NCBI GenBank assembly: GCA_028534125.1
Contig: CM052816.1
Span: 82,090,001-82,150,000 of the forward strand
DNA length: 60,000 nt
Reading direction: 5' to 3'
Origin: Lama glama
Taxonomy: Eukaryota
Shown one piece after another: positions 39,390 to 50,790 of this stretch. Each line of letters starts with the position of its first letter. The first letter of the stretch is position 1. Position numbers and translations under genes: made by a program. The notes under the pieces were generated by a model that saw only the letters and a list, made by a program, of their open reading frames with translations, had not been told where the DNA came from and did not search any database.

Positions 39390-41575
39390 AGGCTCTCATG
39401 TGAAAAGAACTACAAGATTTTGAGGAATATGTGTTGGAATGGATCCTAACGGTGTTATACCAGGTAGGGAGAAACACAATTTTAGATTGGGTATGTGTGT
39501 ACTTACCAGATATTCTTGATTCTGTTTACTTGGCCTCAGCCAAACTGGCCTCAGCAGTGGCCCATGGTGAACAAACTTGAGGGGCCAAAGATTCACTAGT
39601 ATAACGTAGTAGAAGGAATCCAAAGGCTTAGGGAGATAGGAAGTTGAAGTGGACTTATCTTTTGTTACCGTTCATTCCCCTTTACTAGATAGAATCCTGG
39701 CCACCTCCAGGTGCCCCCAGAGAACACTTCCTTCATTAATATGTTGAGAAAATATACCAGCATTCTTGCAAAGTGCCAAAGAGTTGTTCTCTGTAGGCTG
39801 GTGATAAATACGGTTATGCTACCATTGAAATGGGCTTCTTGGTTGCCATAGTGACTATATGCTGCCAGGATGGCAGAGGCATGGGTTCTTAAGGGGCAAA
39901 GTAGGCATGGTGTTATAACAGTCACCTCGGCCAGAATGGTGATCAAAAAGGGATGACTCGCAGAAATCTTTGGTAGCAGCTGATGGATCACAGAGATTTT
40001 AGGACTGAAATAGATATTCTATTAAGGTCCTCTTTGATCTGGAGAGCTGAAAAACTCCACATTTGGAAAGCAGAGTCGCCCAATACAGAGACCAAGAGAC
40101 TAACCAAATTCTAAGACTGAGGCAATTCCTAGACCTGGTAACTGTGAATAAAGAAGAGGTATCAAATCATTGAGATGAGACCCTTTAGAGACCCCAGCCT
40201 TCCCTAAGGGACTCATTGCCATTTACCAGAGTTACTGTGTACAAGGAAAGGGAGACCCCAAATTCTTCACACTTTTGATGGTAGTATATCCCTGAAACTC
40301 TACTGGTATGGTATTGCTTTTGGTTTACTTTGTAAGAGAGAAGGATCTTCATTAACTTCCCCTTGACGGTTTGAACATTACAATGCTCACATTCTAGGAA
40401 TCAAGGAGCTAATGTAGAAATTCACTTCCTGGGTTTATCTATTTCAACTGCATACTCAGTCACTGAGCTGGGGTGGGCACATGGACAGTGGCTCTGAGTT
40501 GAGGATACTCCTAGCGTTCAGATACCACTGTGGTATACTGGTCATAATGGGAGTTTTTGGAAGTCAAGGAGAAAATGGAATTTTGGGTCAAGCCCACCTC
40601 TCAGTGGGCCCAAGGGGAACACATACTGTGGTTATTTTCTCAGTGGGAGTGGTAAAATTGAGCCACCCTGCAAACTGATTAGGATTAAGGGGCATTCGCT
40701 TGCTTGGAACTTCTTCAAAGCCTTACAGCTTGAGCAGAGAATTGGAGCATCATGTCCAAAAATGGTATACATTGTCTACAAAATCCAAAGAAATTCCTAC
40801 TATTCTGTAGGGAGGACCAGGCAGCAACTTGGTTGCAGGTCAGTTCTATCAGATCGCTTCCCTCCTGTAATAGACATATACCCTGGATCCAGGTTTGCTT
40901 TCCCTGTACACCATGATCCTGCCATTACTACCTTCCATAGACTAACACTGCCATATTCACCGTCCTGGTAAGCCACCCAACAGTGCTCTGAACAAGAAAC
41001 TTTCCCAGAAATGAAAAAAAGCAAAGCAGTGAGTGAATGCCCATGGAATTCTCTGATTTTTACCATGTACCTTATTACCCCGAAGCAGCTGGCCTTAAAG
41101 AAGGGTGGATTGGCCTATTGAAAACACAGTTACAGCAACAGCTGGGAGACAACACTGTGAGAGTGGGTTACTGTCCTGCAGGATATAGTTTCTCCATAAA
41201 CAGAATTCTTGAGGTAGAATGGCAGCTCTCACTGATATATCTAAATTTCACTTATGAATATTTTATTTCTCAATCCCACAGATGTGTGCTTTGCTGTTTA
41301 AAGATCTCATGATGCAAAGGGAAACAGCCTCTACTAGGGGACATAACAATGGATCCATTTAATTGTATTTTGAGACTGCCACTTGGTTACTGTGCTCTGC
41401 ATGCCATTGGGCCAACGGAAAAAGGATGCCACTGTATTGTAGGATTCATCCTGCTTGTCAAGGGGGAAACAAGAGTAGTGCTTTATAACAGGAGTTAAGA
41501 GGAGCCCAGGGGCCCTCCTGAACGCCACTTAGTGCTGTCATGTAAGTGGTACAATTAAGGGGAAAATGGAACAAC
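39390..41575 (+). mobile_element. Degenerate ERVL/MaLR-class internal region (gag, integrase and dUTPase-like remnants)
   Basis: 39422-39475 reads EEYVLEWILTVLYQVGRN (ERVL gag-like). 41061-41156 reads YHVPYYPEAAGLKEGWIGLLKTQLQQQLGDNT (ERVL integrase core-like). 41349 onward reads MDPFNCILRLPLGYC (ERVL dUTPase-like). No long intact ORF. Confidence 0.75.
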
Positions 41576-41581
41576 TAACTC

Positions 41582-41904
41582 TATGGCAGAGACTGTGACA
41601 TATTCACCAAAACACATTTCCTTTTTCTTCGTAGGCACATAGCTAGACTATAATTCCCAGCCTGCCTTACAGATGTGAGCATGTGACCGTGGTCTGCCAA
41701 TGCACTGTGAGGGAAGCATTATATGCTACTTGCAGGCTTAGCATATAAGATAAAAGGAGCTAGGGTATCAGAGGGTCATCTTCATCTGGCCAAAGACACC
41801 CTCTTTGGGCTTTACATGAAAGAGGTATAAATGTCTAGTGGGCAAAACTACTGAAAATTTCAGGTTTATCTGTTGTAGCAACTGGCATTGCCCCAACTAA
41901 TTAT
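41582..41904 (+). mobile_element. MLT1I/J-like MaLR LTR
   Basis: tatggcagagactg...ggcacatagctagactataattcccagcctgcctt...catgtgacc...gccaatg and terminus ctgttgtagcaactggcattgccccaactaat. Confidence 0.75.
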
Positions 41905-43024
41905 AAATCTCTTAAAAGCATGAGTTTTCCTTGAGTCAATGGCACACTTCAGAAGAGAGCCGACTCATAAGCCTTTCTGTCTGTATTCTATCCAAGAGGG
42001 ATGCTTTCTGGATGAGGGCATCCAAACAGCAAGAGACCACAAGGAGATCCAAACACAAGGTCTGGAAGAGGTTGGGCTGGAGTGGATCTCTCACCCTAGG
42101 AAAACGTGCAGTTAAGGGACCCCTGTTGGATGCCTAAAAAACTCACACTTGGTTCACACGTGAGAGCTGTATTTGAATGTCTGCCATACAATGTTAATGT
42201 TCAAGGGACGCCATGATCAGTAAGACTAGAGATACTTGCTTTGCCCATCTTTCTCTTCTCTGCACCCTGTGATGAGGATTGATAACTAGAAGGTTGGTGG
42301 GAAGGAGCAGTAGGGAAACCTGTCTCCAAAATAAGTTTCTGGTACCGCAGCCTGACTGAGGCCAAGGAAGTGAGACAGGTTTAGGTCAGAGCTGACATTG
42401 GAACTTCCAATTGGGCAGGACTAGAGTGGATTATAAAAATAACAAGGTAACCAGAAAGTTATGGAATTTGCCCAAGATAAAGGGTGGGAAAGAGAGATTC
42501 AAGAGAGCATGAAAGAATGTGGCAATTGAAGAGAAAGAAAACCATTTCATGCTGTTTGACACAACTTTGAGTGCCACTATAGTTGCATACCCTCTACTTT
42601 TCACTCTGTTGCCAAAAGAACACGGAGAACAGTAGCATGAATCCTACCATTATGTTTTCTAATTGTGGAAGAAACCATTTCATATTAATAAATAAAATTT
42701 GCTGTGCCTCTTCTTGACAATGGGTGAGCTATCTCAGAAGATCGAGGTTTTCATAAGGGAGGGATGGAGGAGTCCTTGATACAGCTGCTGCTCATGAGCT
42801 TAAGGTGACCAAGTCATTTAACCAGCATCATATTTCTGCTCCAAGAATGACCCAAGTGGCTGTGTCCTACCACACTTTGTCTCTAAGTGGAGGTCAAGAT
42901 ACTGCAGGTGTTGGTGATGGAAATAGTCTCTCACTGCCCTCCATGAACCACTGCTTCTGGGCTGGCATCCTGCAGTAGCTTCTACCTCTTTCCCCCAAAG
43001 TGAAGAAAGAAATACACAAAATTA

Positions 43025-43325
43025 GCATTTTCTAAAGTTTCTTCCACAGGAATCTAGTTCTATGGCATATTTACTGATGCTTATAGAGGAAAAAAACCTC
43101 TTTGATCAAATAATTTGGTAAATCTGGATTAAACAAAGGGGAAGAGTTTTCCCTTTATCACAGAACTTCTCACAGCCTTTGTTATGCTAAAGTATGCGGT
43201 GAAGCTCATGAGAGAGATACACAGAGCAGAGTTTCACAGACTTCTAAGTCCACAGACTCTCTTTTTACCCTAGATTGTCTTAGAGGACTGAGCGTTCATC
43301 AGCCCATACTTTGAGACCTGCTGGT
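43025..43325. mobile_element. hAT-Charlie-type MITE remnant
   Basis: tttctaaagtttcttccacaggaatctagttc...gaacttctcacagcctttgttatgcta...catactttgagacctgctg. Confidence 0.45.
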
Positions 43326-44019
43326 CCAATTCATTTCCCCTTTTGCAGAAAAATTCACAAGTAATGAATTGATGTGAATAAAAAGAGAAAGTTAGTGAAA
43401 TCCTATTCATTTATCTAAAAGACCATTTGAAGAACTGTCTGTATTAACATCATGTGCTTTTTTTCCTGGACTAGAGAGAGGGCAGATGGTCCCTTGATGA
43501 AGTGAAGGCCAGTGAAACAGGAATGAATGTTTCATCCCAACGCCAAAGAGCTATGAATTCCTCTGTGGCTCTTCTAATATATAATTTTCATGCAAGTGAG
43601 TTCTTTCAGAATACTATGAATACTATGCTTTTGCCTTGTCAGATTTTCTACTTTTCATCACATGCATCACTTTTCAACAGCCCATATAGCTAAGAGAAGC
43701 AGTAATTGCAAGTTATACATTTTGTTATAATCAGGGCAGACCCTAAATTCACCTTGCTTTTAAAGTTGGGTTTATTAACCATTTATTTATAAGTATTTGC
43801 TTCCATATAATTTCAGAAATTCTTTTTCTTTTCTTTTTAACCATTTCACATCTTTATATCAATGATTTCTAATTTAATTTTCAAAAAATTCATAATATAA
43901 ATGGAGAAAAACTTCCACTGAAATAGTATGGATTAGCAATATGGATTTGATAATCATCTAAAGTATGTAAGCAATAACTAAATCAATTCTCATTATTCAC
44001 AAAATAAAAAAGGCTGAAC

Positions 44020-44185
44020 CTTGGAGTCAAGAAATCCAGTTTCTGTCTTTTCTGTGTTTCTAATAAGTTCTGTGGCCATCGGCAACTTTCTTCACTTCTT
44101 TCAGCCTCAGTTTCTTCAACTGTAAAATGAAAGGGCTGGAGATGATATCCTCTAGGGGCCTTTGGAGCTATAAAATTCTATGATT
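44020..44185 (+). mobile_element. MIR3/MIR SINE fragment
   Basis: cagcctcagtttcttcaactgtaaaatgaaagggctggagatgatatcctctagggg...aaaattctatgattct. Confidence 0.7.
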
Positions 44186-44570
44186 CTCGCATTATTATTT
44201 TTCCTAAATTTCCACATTTAGCAGATTTCAATATATATCTGTCATTGGGATGCCCTCCAGAGAAACAGTTATGATTTCTAGAACCACACATCCATGCTAT
44301 GCTGAAATAGATGACCTAACTGGCAATACCATATCCCATTATTTTATAAAGGCTGAACCAGCAACGTTCTTCAAGACATCAGTCAAAATTGTGTTTTGGA
44401 CGTTTAGCTACTTAAGTGTGTCATTTTTCCTCTAAACGTATATAGAGAAATAAATGTATGACCCAAAATTCAGATTAACCTTTAACTTCTGAATATCCTA
44501 CAATGTGATTAAGAATAACATTAGGAAAAAAGCTGATATACGCATAGCATAGAGACAAAAATTTCTAGAG

Positions 44571-44883
44571 CTGTGCTGTCCAGTTCAGTAGCCATGAGCT
44601 CTGAGTGTCTACTGAGCACCTGAGATGTTGTTATTCGGAATTGAGATGTGGGGAAAATACATAGCAGACTTTGAAGACTTGGTGCAAAAAAGAGAGTAAA
44701 ATACATAATTAGTTATTTGTAATATATTGATTACTTGTTGAAATGACAATATTTTGGCTATATGGGTTGAATAAAATGTATTATTAAAATTAATTTTGTT
44801 TCTTTTTGCTTTTTAAAATACAGCTATTAGAAAATCTAAAATTACATCCGTGGCTCTTACTATATTTCTATTGGTTAGCACTG
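44571..44883. mobile_element. MER33-like hAT-Charlie MITE, near full length
   Basis: Terminal inverted repeats ctgtgctgtcca...ttggttagcactg and an AT-rich MER33-type core. Imperfect 8-bp TSD ttctagag/ttctaagg. Confidence 0.8.
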
Positions 44884-45019
44884 TTCTAAGGGATTCTATC
44901 ATGCTAATGAACACTTTAGATATCAACACTGAATTCTATTTTATCCCCATTGGAAGATTAATCAATACAAGTAGTTCCAAACTTTTAAGTAGACTCTGTT
45001 CTAAGTTTTTATGTCACTT

Positions 45020-45519
45020 NNNNNNNNNNNNNNNNNNNNNNNNNNNNNNNNNNNNNNNNNNNNNNNNNNNNNNNNNNNNNNNNNNNNNNNNNNNNNNNNN
45101 NNNNNNNNNNNNNNNNNNNNNNNNNNNNNNNNNNNNNNNNNNNNNNNNNNNNNNNNNNNNNNNNNNNNNNNNNNNNNNNNNNNNNNNNNNNNNNNNNNNN
45201 NNNNNNNNNNNNNNNNNNNNNNNNNNNNNNNNNNNNNNNNNNNNNNNNNNNNNNNNNNNNNNNNNNNNNNNNNNNNNNNNNNNNNNNNNNNNNNNNNNNN
45301 NNNNNNNNNNNNNNNNNNNNNNNNNNNNNNNNNNNNNNNNNNNNNNNNNNNNNNNNNNNNNNNNNNNNNNNNNNNNNNNNNNNNNNNNNNNNNNNNNNNN
45401 NNNNNNNNNNNNNNNNNNNNNNNNNNNNNNNNNNNNNNNNNNNNNNNNNNNNNNNNNNNNNNNNNNNNNNNNNNNNNNNNNNNNNNNNNNNNNNNNNNNN
45501 NNNNNNNNNNNNNNNNNNN
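45020..45519. other. Assembly gap, exactly 500 N
   Basis: N run. Confidence 0.99.
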
Positions 45520-46227
45520 AGGACATTTTCAAAGATTTAAATCTTTTATGTCTATCATCACTTCACACTGAGGGTTTTCATTCTCTTTAAGACATATGTG
45601 ATTCTTAAGTTCCCTTCTTACTTACTGCCAGGATTACAGTCATTGTTTTGACCTACGACAGTAAAAACAGTAGGGAAAGAGGGGAAGAACTGAGGAAGAC
45701 TGGTTCCACTCTACTTTCAAGGGGACAAGTGAATCAAGAGAGCTTGCTTTGGGGTTGAGGGAGAGAACAGCTTTGGGGTGGGAGGGTGCGGGGACAGAGA
45801 GAGACAGGAGGCCACTCCTATGCATGCTCTTTCTTCGAAATAGTGCTTCGTAATGGGCACCTTTCCATTCTCAGCCTGAGAGCACAGGGTTCTACAACAG
45901 CAATATAATTTCCTCATTTGATTGTCTTTTAGCATACTTAAAATGTACAGTAGAATCTAACTATCTTGAAGCCAGCTGCCACTATCTGACAATTATATCC
46001 AAGTCTGAAAAAATCATTAAATGTTAAGTTTAAGACAATTTAAAACATCTCTAATGACCGATGATTCAATCAACCATGACTATGTAATAAAGCCTCCATA
46101 AAAAAAAAAATCTGTTATTTATTTTAAAAAATCAAATGCAGGAAAATCTGAATAAAGATTTAGGTGGTCCTAATTTCAGATTATATTTTTGTTTCCCCTT
46201 CAAGTTTTCATTGAGGGGAAGAGCCTA

Positions 46228-46291
46228 AAAAAAGAAAGGAAGGAAGGAAGGAAGAAAGAAAGAAAGAAAGAAAGGAAGGAAGGAGGAAAGA
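46228..46291. repeat. Compound (GGAA)n/(GAAA)n purine microsatellite
   Basis: Read directly. Confidence 0.95.
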
Positions 46292-46294
46292 ATT

Positions 46295-46540
46295 AACATG
46301 CATTGAGCATCTTGTCTATATCAGGCATTGTGAGAGGCAATTGGAAATCTTTGGAATTTTTAACTCTTGCAACAATCCTGGGGGACGGGGGGGGGGGACA
46401 TTATCATCTCCATTGACTGATGAGGAAACAGAGACTCAGGGGGTTTCCAAGAAGTTATACCAGCTGCTCATGTTTGCATAGTGAGCAATATAAGGTCAGA
46501 AATGGATTCTGTATCTTGTGACTTAAACGCCCATTTAACC
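46295..46540 (-). mobile_element. MIR SINE
   Basis: cattgagcatcttgtctatatcaggcattgtg...ttatcatctccattgactgatgaggaaacagagactcag. Confidence 0.65.
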
Positions 46541-49479
46541 TTGCTGCTTCTACTGCTTTGCTTCCCAGAGAAAATGTGAGAGGAAGAACACTGCGTGGAA
46601 GAGAAGAATTGCGGGTGTGAGACATATTTCACACGCAAAGAAATATCGGGGGAAAAAAGGTCAAATCCATTCTTTTTAACTCTGTGTCAGGAATGGAAAG
46701 TCAATTTTTAATTATATGGGTAAGGTTGACCAGGGGCTAACTTACCAAAAATGCTGAGTTCACAGTTGGAGATTAAATATGGAGACAGGCTCAATTTATT
46801 ACTATTTGGGAGGAATAAACATTCATACATAAAAAGGAGGCTAGAATCTCTCTGCCTCCAGCCTGCCCTTGACCCTGAGGTGAACAGTGTGAAGTATGAT
46901 CTCTTGGGACAATAAATGAAGAGCTAGCCGATAGCATGGCCCACAGTGCATGCCATATATTCCGGGATGCTGATCAACTGTGGGAGTTCATGTGGCTATC
47001 ACCATCTGCTGACGCCTCCATCCTTTTTGGGGCACAGATTTGCTCAGGTCATATAACATCCTTAAAAGCCTACAAAGGGCTCCTTTTGGCCTTCTGATAA
47101 CATCGACCCTAAACCCTCTGCCTGATTCATTGTTTTCCAAATGACATGTCTTCGACTGCCAGCCATTTATTAAACATTATTCCTTATGCTTACCTACCTT
47201 GTTCAGCTGCCTTAAATCTTCTCTGGAACAAGGAAAGATTAAAATAAACAAACTGGGTTCATTCATTCTTAAACATGCTATCTTGCCAAACAGCTTTTTT
47301 CCCCCTGCATGTTTAAAAATATAAGATGGCTAAGTGGCAATGTAATCTTAAACATACAAATCTATGTGGATTTCCTTCCAAAATGAGACAAATTTTGCTC
47401 TTTGCATCTTATCAGTATCATTCCACAGTGCTCCCCAAGCATCAGAAATCACATTGAATAAGGCACTAACAGTGATGAAAGACAGTTGGAGGAGAGAATG
47501 GTGCATCGGGACCCTCTTCCCCATTCAGATGTTGGGCACAAATACTGACATGAAATAAGGGCTCAGATTTTCAAATTCTGCTGATCAAAACAGGTTCACA
47601 GCCAGTACACTCACGTTCAGACAGAGGACAAAATGACCCTAGGAGATGGGGGAGCGGGGATGGGATCCCTTATAAGCAGAGCCTTCTTCTTATCCCCAAA
47701 AGAGTTCCAGTAAGCCCAAAGCAACAAAGCTAACCAGAGAAACAGGAGGGGATTTGCTGGCATTTGCAGTAGGACAGAGCATGTGGCAAAGAACCCTGCC
47801 AGAGGTCACCACATGGCTGAGCCTGGGAAGGGTTACATACCTTTGAGAACCAAGTAGATCAGAAGGAAATTTGCCTTTTTCCCCCCCTGCTTCACATCAC
47901 CTTCATTCATATTGTGTTCACATCACTTCTTAATTAGGGGAGTATATTATGATACTTCAATGGGTCATTGCAAACTGTAACTGAAATAAAGTTGAGTGAT
48001 TTGTTTCAGTGAAAGACATCTTGATTGAGGTGGTTATTAGTAAACTATAAAAAGTACAATGAGGATAATTGGTGTGAGTGCTATCATTATTTAGTGATGC
48101 CTTCAAATTTTCCCATTAATTTTTCTGTGATTAAAGAAAATTACTTACGTTTAGCCAATTGAATATGGAAAAGAAAAATGCTTTGCCAAAGTATAAAATT
48201 GCTATTTATATTTAAATCATTAATAAAATTTATATTTCATCATAAAGTTGTTACATATTTTTAGACATTGCTTCCTACTAAAACACTTGACAAATGTTTT
48301 CCATAGTTCAAAACACGAATGGCAAAAGAATAAATTTTCAGCAATTAAAAGCAAAAAATTCTGCAAATATCAACCCTCACAGCACAAACAACAGGCATAA
48401 AGTAATACAAATAAGGTGACTTAATGTCCTAAATTTCCACAATTCCCTTCTGATCAAAGCGTAACAAAAAGTGTAAGACAGGTATTTTACAATAAATTTA
48501 AATTACACAATTTTCTTAATATCCTAAAATGCAACTAAAGTGTAGCTTCTTACACGTGTTACAGTACATTCAGTTCTCGGCCTTTCATTTTGGGTTAAAA
48601 AAAGAAAATATGTTTGAAAATGAGATTGTCTTTCACTTGCTCCTTGAAAGCAAGAAATTATGTATTTGGTTTTCATTGCTATAAATAAATTACTCATTTG
48701 AAGCTTGTTCCTCTAAAATTAAGGGTTTATGCAATCAGTCATGCATGTAATTTGTTATTTTCCCCCACTTAGCCCAATAGCTGCTTGCAGAGAAATTGTA
48801 TGAGTCGTTAGTTTTCACTGTCATTACAGTAAACTGGAGACAGAAGAATGAGGGAGAATCATAGAAATCAAATAGAGGAAAACTCTAAATGTACCACGAT
48901 GGCGGACAGCAATAAAACTGTCGACTTTGAAATGAAATCACAGGACAATATTTCCTTACAAATATATGGGCACAGAGGAGCCACTCAAATCACAAAATTA
49001 TCTTTTATTGTTGTTGTTGGCTCTGATATAACGTATTGACTGAAAAGTGGAATTTTTCTAACTTTGGGCTTGAAATAACGGTACACACAAAGTTAAAAAA
49101 AATATAAGAGGGAATACAGTATTATATCTTTAAATCTTATGAAAGAGATTGCCAAGGAGTAAAACTTTGGGTTGATGAGGTGGTTGGAATGTTTTCTTCT
49201 ACTGTTTGGTTCCCTCAACCGGTTTCTGATACTTGGCAGCTCACTTGGTATCTCAAAGTCTAAACAGACTGAAGCGAGCAAGCAATCAACTAAGATCAAC
49301 CAAGGAGTCGTTGACTTCAGTGTGGCAAGCCTAAGCCCCGTCATGCTCACAGTGATGCTGAGAGGGCCTTGGTACTGCACACCTGCGGATGATGGAGTTA
49401 CTTAGTTGGCTATAGGATGCTTCAGGTTACTTCTAATAGAACAAGAAAATGATTCTTATGTAGCTGCAAAACCATAAGG

Positions 49480-49690
49480 CGTATATATAACTATATGTAT
49501 AGCTATAAATAAACATAAAGAGCATATATATATATGTGCTAACCTATATACATACTTAAATATATACATGTATGTATATTTGTGTATGTATATGCATGTC
49601 TATACAGATTTGGTTACAAATGTAACTTGGGTTAAATATCATGTATATGATATTTGGGTTAACCATTATATATTATATAGATATATAATA
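49480..49690. repeat. Degenerate (TA)n/(TATG)n low-complexity tract
   Basis: Read directly. Confidence 0.8.
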
Positions 49691-49852
49691 GAAGCCTAAG
49701 AAAAAACGTCTGGAACCTAGAAAAGAGGACATGTTTATAAAGTCTGATTAAATACATGGGTGGGGGTGGGGGTGGTTGGGGGATCACAGAAGCATAACAA
49801 AGAGTGGAGAGGAAAGAACGCTAACATTCAGTGACTTACAGCGAGATTCGCT

Positions 49853-49999
49853 GGGGGAGGGTATAGCTCAAAGCGGTAGAGTGCATGCTTAGCATGTATG
49901 AGGTCCTGGGTTCAATCCCCAGTACCTCCTCCTCCAAAAAAAAGTAAATAAATAAATAAACCTAATTACCTCCCTCTCCCCAACCCCCCCTCCCCCAAA
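49853..49999 (+). mobile_element. tRNA-Ala-derived SINE (camelid Vic-1-like), second copy
   Basis: gggggagggtatagctcaaagcggtagagtgcatgcttagcatgtatgaggtcctgggttcaatccccagtacctcc, then an A-rich linker, cctaattacc and C-runs. Imperfect TSD tacagcgagatt/tacagtgagatc. Confidence 0.88.
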
Positions 50000-50659
50000 T
50001 ACAGTGAGATCCCCCAGTTGGCAGGGAACCTAGCTATGGACTGGAGATGTGATTCCCCCTCCACCTTCCCTTCCCCTCAGGCTGTATGGGATTCTGAATG
50101 ACAGCCATTAGGAAAATAGCATCTTAGCTATTAGTAACTTTTTTTGCTGCCATTGCTCTATGGATACTTTCCCATTCTCATCTGTGATGGTTTTGCTAAA
50201 TTTAAAGATATGACTTAATTACTGGATATACATACACTGAATATATGTGATAATCAGACTCTGAAGTCATGATACAATCCATTAAAAAACACAGTTTTTT
50301 CAAATTTTATACCAGTGTATAGAGTTTTATAAATTTACCTGCTTTCTTTTCTGGTATTATTTTAGCATTATCTTTGAATGTGTTTAAAAATTCTTTAAAA
50401 TCTTTGCGATGTGCTTAAAATGTCCTAATTTTTTGTTACAACATTGGACAAGAATAACATACTAATAAAGAATAAAAATGTACTCTTAAATATAATTATT
50501 AATAAGCTGTAGGTTTCTAAATTTCCAGACGTTAAAACATGATATTTTATCGAAATATTAAGAACATACTTTAAACAGAATAGCATTATGAAAAAAGAAA
50601 TTTTGATATTAATTATCACTATAATTTTCCATTCACCTAAAAGGCTTCAGAATTGAAAA

Positions 50660-50790
50660 CAAATAATTCAATCATTCATTAAGAATTATGTTTGAGTTCC
50701 TAATACGTCCCGGTCACAAAGCCCTGCCTTGTGGAGTTTACATTCTAGTGGAGGAGACAGACTATGAACAAGTGAATGGATAGGTAAGGA
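50660..50790 (-). mobile_element. L2 3' end fragment
   Basis: attcaatcattcatt...ccctgccttgtggagtttacattctagtggaggagacagac. Confidence 0.65.

Noticed and set aside
49853..49930. Functional tRNA-Ala(AGC) gene (also 11677-11750)
   Set aside because: It has a SINE-specific 3' part, A-rich tail and TSDs, and no Pol III T-run terminator directly after the cloverleaf.
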